DNA of 64,000 bases from Candidatus Omnitrophota bacterium (GCA_037146775.1 JBAWWL010000002.1:134554-198553), one strand, 5' to 3'; shown: positions 46,718 through 59,632, counted from the first letter of the stretch. Translations and numbers: made by a program. The notes: a model not told the origin generated them from the letters alone.

Positions 46718-49321
46718 ATGATAAGTACAGGAATTAAAGGTTTAGACGAAGTTATTACCGGCTTAAGGGCGGGAGATAACGTAGTATGGCAGATCGATGA
46801 TATAGAAGATTATGCCGATCTTGTAAAGCCTTTTGTGCAAAACGCTTTAAAGGAAAATAAAAAAGTTATCTATATCAGGTTTGCCTCGCATAAGGAATTG
46901 ATTGAGCCCTCTGTCGCAGTAAAGCGATATGTGCTTGATGCCAACGCCGGATTTGAAGCTTTCACGGCGGCAGTGAATACTATTATTACTGATTCCGGAG
47001 AGGGCGCTTACTATGTTTTTGATTGTTTATCGGAATTGTTATCGGCCTGGGCTACGGATCTTATGATTGGCAACTTTTTTATGGTTACCTGTCCGTACCT
47101 CTATGAGCTTAAAACTGTTACCTATTTTTCAATATTACGGAACAATCATTCTTTTAAGTCTATAGCCAGAATTCGCGAAACAACCCAGTTGCTTATCGAT
47201 GTGTATCGTTGTGAAGGCGGCTTTTACATACATCCCTTGAAGGTGTGGAACCGTTATTCGCCGACCATGTTTCTGCCTCACCAGAAAGAAAATGCTAAGT
47301 TTATTCCTATTACCGATAGCGTTAATACTACGAAACTACTTTCGTATATTTATGAGCGAGGAGCTGATGGGGTAAAAAGGAATCTTGACTATTGGGATCG
47401 TTTGTTTCTGGAAGCGGAGGAGCTCATAAAGATACCTGTTCCAGAACTACGCATAAAAGAGACGGTAAACAAACTTTCGCGTCTTATGATCACAAAGAAT
47501 GAAAGGATCTTGGTTTTGGCTGTAGATAACTTTTCTCTTCCTGAACTTATAGAGATAAAATCCAGGCTTATCGGTACAGGCTTTGTCGGCGGAAAAACAG
47601 TAGGTATGCTTTTGGCCAGAAAGATTCTCTCGCAAAATTTTCCTGATTGGCATAAATTTTCAGAAGCCCACGACTCATTCTATATTGGATCCGATATATT
47701 TTATTCCTATATAGTGCAAAACCGGTTATGGAAATTACGTATGCAGCAAAAGACAGATAAAGGATATTTTGAGTTCGCAAGCATTTTAAGGGAAAAGATG
47801 CTTTACGGGGTATTCGATGAAGAAATTATGGAGCACTTTCAGCAAATTATAGAGTATTTTGGTTCCTCGCCTATTATTATCCGTTCAAGCTCGCTGCTTG
47901 AGGATAGTTTTGGAAATGCATTTGCCGGAAAATATGAAAGTATATTTTTAGCTAACCAGGGAACTCCCGAGCAGAGATATATTCAGTTTGCCGAAGCGGT
48001 AAAGAAAATCTATGCCAGTACCATGGACGACGACGCTCTCGTTTATAGAAAACAGAGAGGTTTGGACAAGCTAGACGAGCAAATGGCGCTATTGGTGCAG
48101 CGAGTTTCGGGCGCCTATCATAAAAATTATTTTTTCCCGGATTTAGCCGGTGTAGGCGTATCACATAATACCTATGTGTGGAATGATACCATGGACCCAA
48201 AAGCAGGAATGCTTCGTTTGGTCTTTGGGTTGGGCACGAGAGCGGTTAACCGCGTTGAGGGCGATTATCCAAGGATGGTTGCTCTGGACAATCCTTTACG
48301 TAGGCCTTATGCGCAGAGTGATGATGTAAGAAAGTATTCACAGCACGAAGTCGATGTCATCGATATACAAGGAAATCAGTTCAACACTGTTCCTTTTGAA
48401 AAGATTGTGAGCGAAAAACTATATGCCGGCATCGGCCGGATAGCGGTTAAAGACGAGGAAGCCGTTTCCATGCTTAATGCATCGGCTATTGACGATAGCG
48501 CTTCTTGGGTATTAACCTTGGACAATCTTTTTAATGAAGATATATTGACGAGCACTTTCAGGAAAATATTTTTATTTCTTGAGGAAGCTTATCATTACCC
48601 TGTAGAAATAGAGTTTACCGTAAATTTTACAAAAAATAACAAATGTAAAATAAATATTCTGCAATGCCGGCCGCTGCAGACACGCGGCATGGGGCAGAGG
48701 GTAGAACTTCCGGATAATATCGATCATAAGGATATTCTTTTTGAGTCAAATGGATATTTTTTGGGTGGTAATGTTTCGCAGGAGCTGGCACGGATTATCT
48801 ATATTGATCCTCAGCGGTATAGCAAGCTTGTGTTGTCGGATAAGTATGAAATTGCCCGTATTGTGGGAAGGTTAAACATCGATATCAAAGATAGAGAGGT
48901 CTCTCCCGTTATACTTATGGGGCCAGGCAGATGGGGGACTACCACACCATCATTAGGAGTACCGGTGAAATTTGCCGAAATAAATAATATTACAGTACTT
49001 GTCGAAATTGCTTTTTCGGCAGGTAACCTAAGCCCTGAAGTTTCTTTTGGAACGCATTTCTTTCAAGATTTAGTAGAAACAAATATCTTTTATGTGGCAT
49101 TATTTCCCGAGAAAGAAGGTATTGTGTTTAACAGTGAATGGTTCACTCAGGCAAAAAATTTACTTCCGGGCCTATTGCCCGAGTCTTCGCGGTATAAAGA
49201 TGTTATCGGTGTCTATAATGCAAGCGATAGAAAAGTAAAGATAATGTCCGATGTGGTTTCTCAGAGGATTATATGTTTTTCCGGCCATAGGCAGGCGGTG
49301 AGACAAGAATCTAAAGCCTAA
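46718..49321 (+). CDS. PEP/pyruvate-binding (PPDK_N) domain protein with KaiC-like N-terminus
   Basis: STGIKGLD N-terminus; IRSSSLLED..AFAGKYES and GLGTRAV motifs; GAGGAG RBS before 46718. Confidence 0.85.
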   Translation: MISTGIKGLDEVITGLRAGDNVVWQIDDIEDYADLVKPFVQNALKENKKVIYIRFASHKELIEPSVAVKRYVLDANAGFEAFTAAVNTIITDSGEGAYYVFDCLSELLSAWATDLMIGNFFMVTCPYLYELKTVTYFSILRNNHSFKSIARIRETTQLLIDVYRCEGGFYIHPLKVWNRYSPTMFLPHQKENAKFIPITDSVNTTKLLSYIYERGADGVKRNLDYWDRLFLEAEELIKIPVPELRIKETVNKLSRLMITKNERILVLAVDNFSLPELIEIKSRLIGTGFVGGKTVGMLLARKILSQNFPDWHKFSEAHDSFYIGSDIFYSYIVQNRLWKLRMQQKTDKGYFEFASILREKMLYGVFDEEIMEHFQQIIEYFGSSPIIIRSSSLLEDSFGNAFAGKYESIFLANQGTPEQRYIQFAEAVKKIYASTMDDDALVYRKQRGLDKLDEQMALLVQRVSGAYHKNYFFPDLAGVGVSHNTYVWNDTMDPKAGMLRLVFGLGTRAVNRVEGDYPRMVALDNPLRRPYAQSDDVRKYSQHEVDVIDIQGNQFNTVPFEKIVSEKLYAGIGRIAVKDEEAVSMLNASAIDDSASWVLTLDNLFNEDILTSTFRKIFLFLEEAYHYPVEIEFTVNFTKNNKCKINILQCRPLQTRGMGQRVELPDNIDHKDILFESNGYFLGGNVSQELARIIYIDPQRYSKLVLSDKYEIARIVGRLNIDIKDREVSPVILMGPGRWGTTTPSLGVPVKFAEINNITVLVEIAFSAGNLSPEVSFGTHFFQDLVETNIFYVALFPEKEGIVFNSEWFTQAKNLLPGLLPESSRYKDVIGVYNASDRKVKIMSDVVSQRIICFSGHRQAVRQESKA

Positions 49322-49387
49322 GAATTTGTTTTCAAGTCTTAAGGGGTAGGATAGCGACAGGTGACAAGAAACATGCGTTTGCGGTGA

Positions 49388-51025
<1,638 letters not shown>

Positions 51026-51038
51026 AAAGTTAAAGGTT

Positions 51039-52160
51039 ATGATTAGAAATACGAATGCGATATTAGCCTTAGAAGACGGCACAGTATTTAAAGGCAAATC
51101 TTTTGGGGCTATGGGTGAGGTATGTGGTGAGGTAGTTTTTAATACCAGTATGACCGGTTATCAAGAGATTATTACGGACCCTTCCTATAAAGGCCAAATT
51201 GTAGCGATGACTTATCCTGAGATTGGCAACTATGGTATTAATAAAGATGATAACGAGTCTTCCAGGCCATTTCTGGAAGGTTTCGTGGTAAAAGAGTGCA
51301 GTAAAATAGCAAGTAATTGGCGAGCAAAAGAATCTTTGGGCGATTATTTCAAAGATAATGGTATTGTGGGTATCGAAGGCGTAGATACGCGCGCACTTAC
51401 GTTACGTATAAGAAATACCGGCGCAATGAAGGCTGTATTGGCGACCGGAGATGTTGATACGAGAAAGCTGCTTGAGAAAGCAAAGAGTTCGCAAGGCTTA
51501 GTCGGCGTGGATTTAGTTAAAGAAGTAACCTGCCCTAAGAAATATTTTTGGCCTTGTCAGAAAGGTTTTCTCTACAAAGTAATTGTGCTTGATTGCGGGG
51601 TTAAATACAATATTTTAAGAAAACTGGCAGAATGTAGATGTCATGTTGCGGTTGTGCCCGCGCATACTCCCGCCAGCGAAATCATAAATATGAATCCAGA
51701 CGGTTTACTGCTTTCAAACGGCCCCGGAGATCCGGCGGCGGTTACCTATGCTATTGATACAACCAGAAAATTGCTGGGAAAAATACCAATATTTGGTATT
51801 TGTCTGGGGCAACAGATATTAGGCCTTGCTTTAGGCGGCCAAACCTACAAGCTTAAATTTGGCCACCACGGAGCCAACCATCCGGTTAAAGATTTGAAAA
51901 CAGGAAAAGTTTTGATTACGGTACAGAATCATGGTTTCTGCGTAGATGTAGATTCTTTACCGAAAAAAGAAATAGAGATCACGCATATGAATTTAAACGA
52001 CGGAACCTTAGAGGGCCTGCGGCATAAAAAGTTGCCGGTATTTTCGGTGCAGTTTCATCCCGAAGCTTCTGCCGGGCCGCATGACGCTGGATATTTGTTT
52101 GAAGAGTTTATTCAAATGATGAAAAGAAACCAGAAACCAGAGCGCCGAAACCAGAGGTAG
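51039..52160 (+). CDS. carA: carbamoyl-phosphate synthase small subunit
   Basis: [26 protein letters not shown] and QFHPEAS motifs; start 51015 or 51039. Confidence 0.96.
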   Translation: MIRNTNAILALEDGTVFKGKSFGAMGEVCGEVVFNTSMTGYQEIITDPSYKGQIVAMTYPEIGNYGINKDDNESSRPFLEGFVVKECSKIASNWRAKESLGDYFKDNGIVGIEGVDTRALTLRIRNTGAMKAVLATGDVDTRKLLEKAKSSQGLVGVDLVKEVTCPKKYFWPCQKGFLYKVIVLDCGVKYNILRKLAECRCHVAVVPAHTPASEIINMNPDGLLLSNGPGDPAAVTYAIDTTRKLLGKIPIFGICLGQQILGLALGGQTYKLKFGHHGANHPVKDLKTGKVLITVQNHGFCVDVDSLPKKEIEITHMNLNDGTLEGLRHKKLPVFSVQFHPEASAGPHDAGYLFEEFIQMMKRNQKPERRNQR

Positions 52161-52207
52161 AATATTTTTTGTCATCTGTTCTCTGGTAACTGGTGTCTGG
52201 TATCTTT
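52123..52207. repeat. inverted heptamer hairpin (AAACCAG/CTGGT)
   Basis: 7-mer repeats spanning the carA stop, then their complements. Confidence 0.65.
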
Positions 52208-52218
52208 CAAGTAAAACC

Positions 52219-55200
52219 ATGCCTAAAAGAAAAGACATTAAAAAAATATTGATTATCGGATCGGGCCCTATTGTCATAGGTCAGGCTTGTGAATTCGATT
52301 ATTCCGGAACACAGGCCTGCAAGGCGTTAAAAGAAGAGGGTTATAAGGTTGTGTTGGTCAACTCTAATCCGGCGACCATTATGACCGATCCGCAAACAGC
52401 AGATGCCACCTATATTGAGCCGATAACTCCTGAAATAGTTGAGAAAATTATCGCTAAAGAAAAACCGGATGCGTTATTGCCTACCTTGGGCGGTCAAACC
52501 GGTCTCAATGTTGCTACTAAGTTGGTAGAAAAAGGGGTGCTTGATAGATATAAAGTTAAAATGATTGGAGCAGATTATACAGCAATAAAGAAAGCAGAGG
52601 ATAGAAAATATTTCAAAAACACTATGTTAAAGATCGGCCTGGATTTGCCTAAAAGTAAACTCGCATACAACATGAAAGAAGCAAGAAGGGCTGTAGAGAA
52701 AATAGGGTTACCGGCCATCATACGCCCGAGTTTTACTTTAGGCGGAACCGGCGGAGGTATTGCGTATAGTCAAAAAGAATTTGAAAGGATAGCGGAAAAT
52801 GGTTTACATAACAGCATGATACACGAAATTCTTATCGAAGAATCTGTAATAGGCTGGAAAGAATATGAATTGGAAGTGATGCGGGATTTTAAGGATAATG
52901 TTGTTATTATATGCTCAATAGAAAATTTTGACCCTATGGGGGTGCATACCGGAGATTCTATAACAGTAGCGCCAGCCCAGACATTAACAGATAAAGAATA
53001 TCAAAATATGCGGGATGCGGCGATAAAAATAATCAGGGAAATAGGTGTAGATACCGGTGGTTCCAATATTCAGTTTGCGGTAAATCCAAAAAATGGCAGG
53101 CTGGTAGTTATCGAAATGAATCCGCGGGTTTCGCGTAGTTCCGCTCTCGCCAGCAAGGCAACCGGTTTTCCTATCGCTAAAATTGCCGCCAAGCTTGCCG
53201 TAGGTTTTAGTCTCGATGAAATACGCAACGATATTACCAAACAAACCCCGGCTTCTTTTGAACCGGCAATAGATTATTGTGTAGTAAAAATTCCCCGTTT
53301 TGCCTTTGAAAAGTTTCCTGAAGCCGGTGATATTTTAGGTATATCGATGAAGTCAGTAGGTGAAACTATGGCTATAGGCCGCACATTCAAAGAAGCTCTG
53401 CAGAAGGGCTTGCGCGGTTTGGAAATCGGTCATAGCGGCCTTGATAACAAGAATAATTACCGTCAGATACCTTATAAAAAGATAAAGTTGCGCTTAGAAG
53501 AGCCGAATGCTTCGCGCATATTTTATATTAAGTATGCGCTGCAGAAAGGTTTTAGTTTGGGAGAAATTTCCCGGCTTACCGGCATTGATCCGTGGTTTTT
53601 GCAAAACATTAAAGACATTGTAGATTTTGAACATGTTATTGAAAAGTCAGGCAAGCATATTTCCCGGGAAATACTTTTAGAGGCAAAGCAATATGGTTTT
53701 AGCGATAGGCAGATTGCCGAGTTGATTGGTTTAAGCGAGTCAGCCGTGAGAGAGAAAAGAAAGTCAAAGGGGGTAGAAGCAACTTTCAAGTTGGTTGATA
53801 CCTGTGCGGGAGAATTCCAGGCATATACACCATATTATTATTCAACCTACGAAACCGAAGATGAAACGCGTAAGTCCAAGAAGAAAAAAATTATGATTTT
53901 AGGCGGCGGCCCGAACAGGATCGGCCAGGGCATAGAGTTTGATTATTGCTGTTGCCAGGCGGCATTCGCGCTCGGCGAATTGGGATTTGAAACAATTATG
54001 GTCAATTCTAATCCCGAAACAGTTTCTACTGATTATGATACTTCGGATAAGTTATATTTTGAACCGCTTACTTTTGAAGATGTAATGAATATTATTGATA
54101 AGGAAAAGCCGCACGGCGTCATTGTCCAATTTGGAGGGCAAACTCCGCTTAATTTGGCAAAGAAATTAAAAGATGCCGGAGTGCCTATTATCGGAACTAC
54201 CGTTGAATCAATAGATATTGCCGAGGACAGGGATAAATTTGCCAAAGTGTTGCGCAAGCTACATATAAAACAACCGCCCAATGGTTCAGCTTATTCTAAA
54301 GAGGAGGCGGAAAAAATAGCTAAAAGGATAGGTTATCCCGTATTGGTGCGGCCTTCCTATGTTTTAGGCGGAAGAGCCATGCATATAGTTTACGACGAGG
54401 AATCTTTAGCGGAGTGTATAGCCGAGGCACAGAGAGTTTCCGAGGAACACCCTATTTTAATAGATAAATTTTTAGAGGACGCAGTGGAAGTGGACGTAGA
54501 TGCGGTTGCTGACGGGACGTCTACCGTGATTGGCGGTATTATGGAACACATTGAAGAAGCGGGAATACACTCGGGCGACTCAGCCTGTGTAATACCGCCG
54601 CATACCTTAAGCGATGAAATTATTTCTACCATTAAAAAATATACCTGCGCTATCGGTAAAGAACTAAAAGTAAAAGGGTTATTTAATCTTCAGTGTGCGG
54701 TAAAAAATGATGTCGTATACATGCTTGAGGTTAATCCCAGGGCTTCGCGGACAGTGCCCTTTGTGAGCAAGGCTACAGGAATTGCATTAGCGAAGATAGC
54801 TGCAGCGGTTATGGTTGGTAAAAAACTATCGCATTTTAAGATTGATCAGGATCCACTGATTTCTCACGTAGCAGTAAAAGAGGCGGTGCTGCCGTTTTCA
54901 AGATTCTCCGGCGTTGATATTATCCTTGGCCCGGAAATGAAATCAACCGGAGAGGTAATGGGTATCGATTCGTCGTTTGGCAGTGCTTTTTATAAAGCGC
55001 AAATTGCCGCCGGTCAAACCCTTCCTTTGTCGGGAAAAGTATTTTTAAGCGTAAAGAATGACGACAAACGCGACATAGTTTTTATTGCGAAGAAGCTTTA
55101 TGATATGAATTTTAAAATTATCGCTACCAACGGTACCTGGAAAGTGCTTACTTCAAATAATATTAAGGCTGAAAAAATAGATAAAATCGCTGAAGGTAAC

Positions 55201-55446
55201 AGCCGAATTTTAGAGCTTATAAAAAACGAAAAGATTAAACTTATTATCAATACTCCTTCCGGTAAGAAAGGGCAATCTGATATGAAAGCAATGCGCAGTC
55301 TGGCAGTACGCTATGGTGTGCCATGTATTACCACGCTTCAAGGCGCGCAAGCCGCAGTTAACGGAATAGAAACGACATTTAAGAAGAAATTGGAAGTAAA
55401 GTCTTTACAGAAATATTTGGAAAAACATTCCGTACCCACAAAATAA
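52219..55446 (+). CDS. carB: carbamoyl-phosphate synthase large subunit
   Basis: [17 protein letters not shown]; two ATP-grasp halves; MGS domain. Confidence 0.98.
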   Translation: MPKRKDIKKILIIGSGPIVIGQACEFDYSGTQACKALKEEGYKVVLVNSNPATIMTDPQTADATYIEPITPEIVEKIIAKEKPDALLPTLGGQTGLNVATKLVEKGVLDRYKVKMIGADYTAIKKAEDRKYFKNTMLKIGLDLPKSKLAYNMKEARRAVEKIGLPAIIRPSFTLGGTGGGIAYSQKEFERIAENGLHNSMIHEILIEESVIGWKEYELEVMRDFKDNVVIICSIENFDPMGVHTGDSITVAPAQTLTDKEYQNMRDAAIKIIREIGVDTGGSNIQFAVNPKNGRLVVIEMNPRVSRSSALASKATGFPIAKIAAKLAVGFSLDEIRNDITKQTPASFEPAIDYCVVKIPRFAFEKFPEAGDILGISMKSVGETMAIGRTFKEALQKGLRGLEIGHSGLDNKNNYRQIPYKKIKLRLEEPNASRIFYIKYALQKGFSLGEISRLTGIDPWFLQNIKDIVDFEHVIEKSGKHISREILLEAKQYGFSDRQIAELIGLSESAVREKRKSKGVEATFKLVDTCAGEFQAYTPYYYSTYETEDETRKSKKKKIMILGGGPNRIGQGIEFDYCCCQAAFALGELGFETIMVNSNPETVSTDYDTSDKLYFEPLTFEDVMNIIDKEKPHGVIVQFGGQTPLNLAKKLKDAGVPIIGTTVESIDIAEDRDKFAKVLRKLHIKQPPNGSAYSKEEAEKIAKRIGYPVLVRPSYVLGGRAMHIVYDEESLAECIAEAQRVSEEHPILIDKFLEDAVEVDVDAVADGTSTVIGGIMEHIEEAGIHSGDSACVIPPHTLSDEIISTIKKYTCAIGKELKVKGLFNLQCAVKNDVVYMLEVNPRASRTVPFVSKATGIALAKIAAAVMVGKKLSHFKIDQDPLISHVAVKEAVLPFSRFSGVDIILGPEMKSTGEVMGIDSSFGSAFYKAQIAAGQTLPLSGKVFLSVKNDDKRDIVFIAKKLYDMNFKIIATNGTWKVLTSNNIKAEKIDKIAEGNSRILELIKNEKIKLIINTPSGKKGQSDMKAMRSLAVRYGVPCITTLQGAQAAVNGIETTFKKKLEVKSLQKYLEKHSVPTK

Positions 55447-55497
55447 TCTTTCGGTCTTTAGCTTGAGGAGATTCTTTTCCTGCCTTCGCAAAATTAA

Positions 55498-55551
55498 TTG
55501 ACACTCAATAGGGGCGTGGTAGAATCGTTATGAACATATGTTCATAACGAT
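55498..55551 (+). promoter_or_regulatory. sigma70 promoter with a 28-bp perfect palindromic operator candidate
   Basis: TTGACA-N16-TAGAAT with extended TG; ATCGTTATGAACAT|ATGTTCATAACGAT at 55524-55551. Confidence 0.8.
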
Positions 55552-55563
55552 AACGAGGATATT

Positions 55564-55869
55564 ATGAGGCCCAAGAAGACACGATGGGTAAAATGCATAC
55601 CTGGCGAAAGGTGTTTTAAGCCCCTTTGCAAACCTTTACATAAATTAGAAGGTGTCTATTTGACGCTCGATGAATTTGAGGCGGTACGTCTTGCTTGTCT
55701 TGAAGAATTGAAGCAAGTTGATGCGGCGAAGCTTATGAAGATATCGCGTCCTACTTTTTCGCGGATTTTAACTTCAGCTCAAGCGAAGATTGCCGACGGT
55801 TTAGTTAATATTAAAGTCATACGCATTGAGGGCGGCTGTTGTAAGATTGGGAGAAAGAGTAAACAATGA
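55564..55869 (+). CDS. DUF134 DNA-binding protein
   Basis: MRPKKTR..FKP..LTLDEFEAVRL..Q..AA..M.ISRPTF..IEGG. Confidence 0.9.
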   Translation: MRPKKTRWVKCIPGERCFKPLCKPLHKLEGVYLTLDEFEAVRLACLEELKQVDAAKLMKISRPTFSRILTSAQAKIADGLVNIKVIRIEGGCCKIGRKSKQ

Positions 55870-56153
55870 ATCCCGCCCTTCCTAAATTTTATTATGTTTA
55901 TATCCTGAGGAATAATCAAAGAAATTGGACATATATTGGCTGTTCTTCAGACTTGGTTAAAAGGCAGGAGGAGCATAATTCAGGTAAATGCTTCTCAACT
56001 AGAAATTATCTGCCTTTAGAATTAGTATATTATGAGGCCTATTTATCAAAGGCGGATGCATTTAATAGAGAGAAGAAATTAAAATACTTCGGCAGTAGTT
56101 TTACAAAGCTAAAACAGAGAATTAAGAATTCTATGGGAGGAAGGGCGGGATGA
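55866..56153 (+). CDS. small GIY-YIG endonuclease
   Basis: YYVYIL..YIGCSSDL.KR..EHN; LVYYEAY..A..RE..LK. Confidence 0.92.
   Translation: MNPALPKFYYVYILRNNQRNWTYIGCSSDLVKRQEEHNSGKCFSTRNYLPLELVYYEAYLSKADAFNREKKLKYFGSSFTKLKQRIKNSMGGRAG
55871..56150 (+). mobile_element. GIY-YIG mini element with 13-bp inverted ends and ATGAA duplication
   Basis: TCCCGCCCTTCCT (55871-55883) / AGGAAGGGCGGGA (56138-56150); ATGAA at 55866 and 56150. Confidence 0.7.
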
Positions 56154-57322
56154 AAGACTGGAAGAAATTTTTGTATATTGTGGCTATATTTTTGGGATGT
56201 TTTTATCTTCCTGTCGAAAACATCCGTTTCGGAAACGCTATATTTGAAGCGCTTGCCTTGGTTAGGTGGTATGCCCGCGAGCACGTACTTTTGTGCTTGG
56301 TGCCGGCTTTTTTTATTGCAGGCGCGATTTCGGTTTTTGTTAGCCAGGCATCGGTAATGAAATATTTTGGCGCTAAAGCAAATAAGTTTCTTTCATACAG
56401 CGTTGCTTCAATCTCGGGAACGATATTGGCGGTTTGTTCTTGCACGGTTTTGCCTTTGTTTGCCGGGATCTACAAAAGAGGAGCTGGTTTGGGTCCTGCC
56501 GTAGTCTTTCTGTATTCCGGACCCGCGATAAACGTTCTGGCTATTATTTTAACCGCCAAGGTTCTCGGCTGGCAGCTTGGGTTAGCCCGGGCAATCGGCG
56601 CAATAGTGTTTAGTGTTGTTATCGGCTTATTAATGCATTTTATTTTCTTGAAAGAAGAGCGTGCTCGCCAGGCAAGCGGTGATTTTGATGTGGGAGAGGT
56701 AAAAGAGGCACGTTCATTGCTTCAGACCGCTCTATATTTTGTTTCTCTGGTTGCAATACTCGTTTTCGCTAATTGGAGCAAACCGTTAGAAGGCGATAAG
56801 GGGTTGTGGACTTTGATATACCAGTATAAATGGTGGATCACCGGATTTGCTCTTGCAAGTTTGGGTTTTATGCTTATTAAATGGTTCCGCAAGAATGAAT
56901 TGAAAGAATGGACTGGCGTGACGTGGGGTTTTGCTTTACAAATTCTACCGCTCCTTTTAGGCGGGGTTTTAGTTTCCGGGTTTCTCCTTGGCAGGGTTGG
57001 GCACGAAGGTGTCATTCCTTCGCGGTTCATCGAGTCGCTTGTGGGAGGAAATTCATTCCGCGCGAATTTCTTTTCTTCAATCGTGGCGGCCTTTATGTAT
57101 TTTGCTACGCTCACAGAGGTGCCTATATTGCAGGGATTGATAAATTCAGGGATGGGCAAGGGGCCGGCGCTCGCACTTCTTTTGGCCGGACCTGCCTTGA
57201 GCTTACCGAGCATGATTGTTTTACGAAGCATTGTGGGAACAAAAAAGACGGTTGTGTATGTATCGCTTGTGGTAATTATGGCGACGATCACGGGCATGAT
57301 TTTTGGTTTTATCGTCAAATAA
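56150..57322 (+). CDS. DUF318/ArsP-family permease
   Basis: LAVCSCTVLP, MYFATLTEVP and LLAGPALSLP motifs. Confidence 0.9.
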   Translation: MKDWKKFLYIVAIFLGCFYLPVENIRFGNAIFEALALVRWYAREHVLLCLVPAFFIAGAISVFVSQASVMKYFGAKANKFLSYSVASISGTILAVCSCTVLPLFAGIYKRGAGLGPAVVFLYSGPAINVLAIILTAKVLGWQLGLARAIGAIVFSVVIGLLMHFIFLKEERARQASGDFDVGEVKEARSLLQTALYFVSLVAILVFANWSKPLEGDKGLWTLIYQYKWWITGFALASLGFMLIKWFRKNELKEWTGVTWGFALQILPLLLGGVLVSGFLLGRVGHEGVIPSRFIESLVGGNSFRANFFSSIVAAFMYFATLTEVPILQGLINSGMGKGPALALLLAGPALSLPSMIVLRSIVGTKKTVVYVSLVVIMATITGMIFGFIVK

Positions 57323-57333
57323 GAGGTGTAGAT

Positions 57334-58164
57334 ATGAAAAATAAACCAGAGGATATCAAAAAAATTGTCAGAGAAGGTTATGCCAAGGTGGCAAAGCAAA
57401 GCGTTTCTTGCTGTCCGGGTGGTTCTTGTTGCGGGGGCTCCAATTCCGCTAAAAATATAAGTAAAACCATAGGGTATAGCGATAAAGAAATAAATGCAGT
57501 TCCCGAAGGCGCGAATTTAGGCCTGGGGTGCGGCAATCCGGTTGCGATAGCATCCTTAAAGGAAGGGGATGTTGTTTTGGATTTAGGGAGCGGTGCGGGA
57601 TTTGATGCGTTTCTTGCTTCAGCCAAGGTAGGAAAAACCGGGCGCGTTATTGGTGTCGATATGACTCAAGAGATGCTTAAGAAGGCTTGCGAGAATGCTA
57701 AAAAGGGTAACTATACGAATGTTGAATTTAGGCTGGGCGAAATCGAAAAGCTTCCGGTTGAAGATGATTCCGTCGATGTGATTATCTCAAATTGTGTGAT
57801 TAATCTTTCGCCCGACAAGGAAGCTGTTTTTAAGGAGTCTTTTCGGGTTCTTAAACCCGGCGGAAGGCTTATGGTGTCCGATTTGGTTTTGGTAAAAGAT
57901 TTACCCGATATTATTAAGGAATCCGCCGAAGCTTATGTGGGTTGCCTTAGCGGGGCTATAATGAAAGATGATTATTTATTTTTTATTAAAAAGGCAGGAT
58001 TCCGGGATGTTGATATTATCAGCCAATCCAGTTACCCTATTCGGGCTATGGCGAATGATGTGACTGCGCAAGTGGTTAAAAATAATCCGGATATAACGCA
58101 GGAAGATTTATGCGGTATTAAAGATGCGGTAGCGAGTATTAAGGTTTGCGCTACGAAGCCTTAA
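57334..58164 (+). CDS. arsM: arsenite methyltransferase
   Basis: NLGLGCGNP, LDLGSGAG, ISNCVINL and GC..GA motifs; start at 57334 after GAGGTG. Confidence 0.93.
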   Translation: MKNKPEDIKKIVREGYAKVAKQSVSCCPGGSCCGGSNSAKNISKTIGYSDKEINAVPEGANLGLGCGNPVAIASLKEGDVVLDLGSGAGFDAFLASAKVGKTGRVIGVDMTQEMLKKACENAKKGNYTNVEFRLGEIEKLPVEDDSVDVIISNCVINLSPDKEAVFKESFRVLKPGGRLMVSDLVLVKDLPDIIKESAEAYVGCLSGAIMKDDYLFFIKKAGFRDVDIISQSSYPIRAMANDVTAQVVKNNPDITQEDLCGIKDAVASIKVCATKP

Positions 58165-58188
58165 AGCGTAGAGGGGGAGAGAGAAGCC

Positions 58189-58422
58189 ATGAAGATTGAA
58201 ATTTTAGGCATGGGTTGTCCGAGGTGCAAGCAGCTTACGGCAAATACCGAGGCAGCCGTAAAAGAACTAAAAATTATTGCAGAAATTATTAAAGTAACCG
58301 ATATCAATAAGATTGCTGAATACAATGTTATGACGACGCCTGCCGTGGTGGTTGACGGTAAGGTAGTTTCTTCGGGAAAGGTACTTACTAAGGATGAAAT
58401 TAAGAAATTAATTGCTGGGTAA
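58189..58422 (+). CDS. small redox-active disulfide (thioredoxin-like) protein
   Basis: GMGCPRC..MTTPAVVVDG. Confidence 0.9.
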   Translation: MKIEILGMGCPRCKQLTANTEAAVKELKIIAEIIKVTDINKIAEYNVMTTPAVVVDGKVVSSGKVLTKDEIKKLIAG

Positions 58423-58431
58423 GGAGCTCGT

Positions 58432-58848
58432 ATGTATAAAAAAGTAGTTTTAATTTTGTATATTTTTTGGTTTTCTGCTGTCTCTTTTGCCGCAGATAAA
58501 CCGTCGGGCAGTACTGTTTACGCGTATTACTTTCATGGTACCATGCGTTGTCCGACTTGCCACAAGCTTGAACAATATTCTAGAGAAGCGATCGAAAATA
58601 GTTTTAAGGCCGAGATTGCTTCGGGCAAGCTGCAGTTTAAAACTGTTAACGTGGATGAGAAAGCAAACGAACATTTCGTCGGTGATTACCAGCTTTATAC
58701 TAAATCTCTTATTTTGTCGTTAGTCCAAGACGGAAAAGAAAAAAAATGGAAGAATCTGGATAAGATTTGGGAGTATGTTGGCAATAAACAGAAATTTATT
58801 GATTATGTAAAGAGCGGGGTCACCGATTTATTGAAGGAAGCCGAATGA
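58432..58848 (+). CDS. ArsF-like exported thioredoxin-fold protein
   Basis: YYFHGTMRCPTC; signal peptide. Confidence 0.8.
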   Translation: MYKKVVLILYIFWFSAVSFAADKPSGSTVYAYYFHGTMRCPTCHKLEQYSREAIENSFKAEIASGKLQFKTVNVDEKANEHFVGDYQLYTKSLILSLVQDGKEKKWKNLDKIWEYVGNKQKFIDYVKSGVTDLLKEAE

Positions 58849-59534
58849 CAGAGGTATTTATAGGTTTTGCGTCAGCATTGTGGCTAGGGATTTTGACATC
58901 CATTAGTCCGTGCCCTTTGGCTAGTAATGTGGCTGCTATTTCCTTCCTGTCAAAGAAGATAGCTCATCCGGTACTGGTGTTGATTTCAGGGCTGGCTTAC
59001 ACGTTTGGTAGAATGTTTTCGTATGCGGTGTTAGGATGGATTATCGTCAATTCTCTTTTAAGCGTTCCTCAAATCGCACAGTTTTTGCAGAAATACATGG
59101 GTAAAGCTCTGGGGCCGCTATTAATTCTTGTTGGGCTCATATTGCTTGAAATAATCACTATCCGCTTGCCGGGGCTATCGATTTCACAAAAATATCACAA
59201 TAAACTGGCAGAATCCGGCGCACCGGGCGCTTTTTTGCTTGGTTTTATTTTTGCGCTGGCATTTTGTCCTATCTCGGCAGCGTTATACTTTGGGAATCTT
59301 ATTCCTTTAGCTATCAATGGCAAGAGCGGTATCGTCCTGCCGTTAATTTACGGAATTGGTACAGGGCTACCGGTTTTCGTATTTGCTGTTGCTATCGCCT
59401 TGGGCGTGAAATCGTTGAGCCATTGGTTTCATAAAATCACACGGTTTGAATACTATACTCGCAAGATTACCGGAGCCGTATTTGTCATTGTGGGAATCTA
59501 CTATATAGGTATATATACTTTGAGACTATTTTAA
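58845..59534 (+). CDS. ArsG-like / DsbD-CcdA-type membrane protein
   Basis: LTSISPCPLASN and ALAFCP motifs. Confidence 0.85.
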   Translation: MTEVFIGFASALWLGILTSISPCPLASNVAAISFLSKKIAHPVLVLISGLAYTFGRMFSYAVLGWIIVNSLLSVPQIAQFLQKYMGKALGPLLILVGLILLEIITIRLPGLSISQKYHNKLAESGAPGAFLLGFIFALAFCPISAALYFGNLIPLAINGKSGIVLPLIYGIGTGLPVFVFAVAIALGVKSLSHWFHKITRFEYYTRKITGAVFVIVGIYYIGIYTLRLF

Positions 59535-59632
59535 GGTGCGCTATTGGAGATAAATAAGAACAAGAAGTACGAAATAATTGTTTTTCTTAATCAAGATGAA
59601 GGTTTAAAAGCTCATCAGAAAGGAGATTTTGA

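Noticed and set aside
56908-57333. N-terminal extension of ArsM in the ORF track
   Set aside because: It overlaps the permease in another frame; the RBS and typical N-terminus place the start at 57334.
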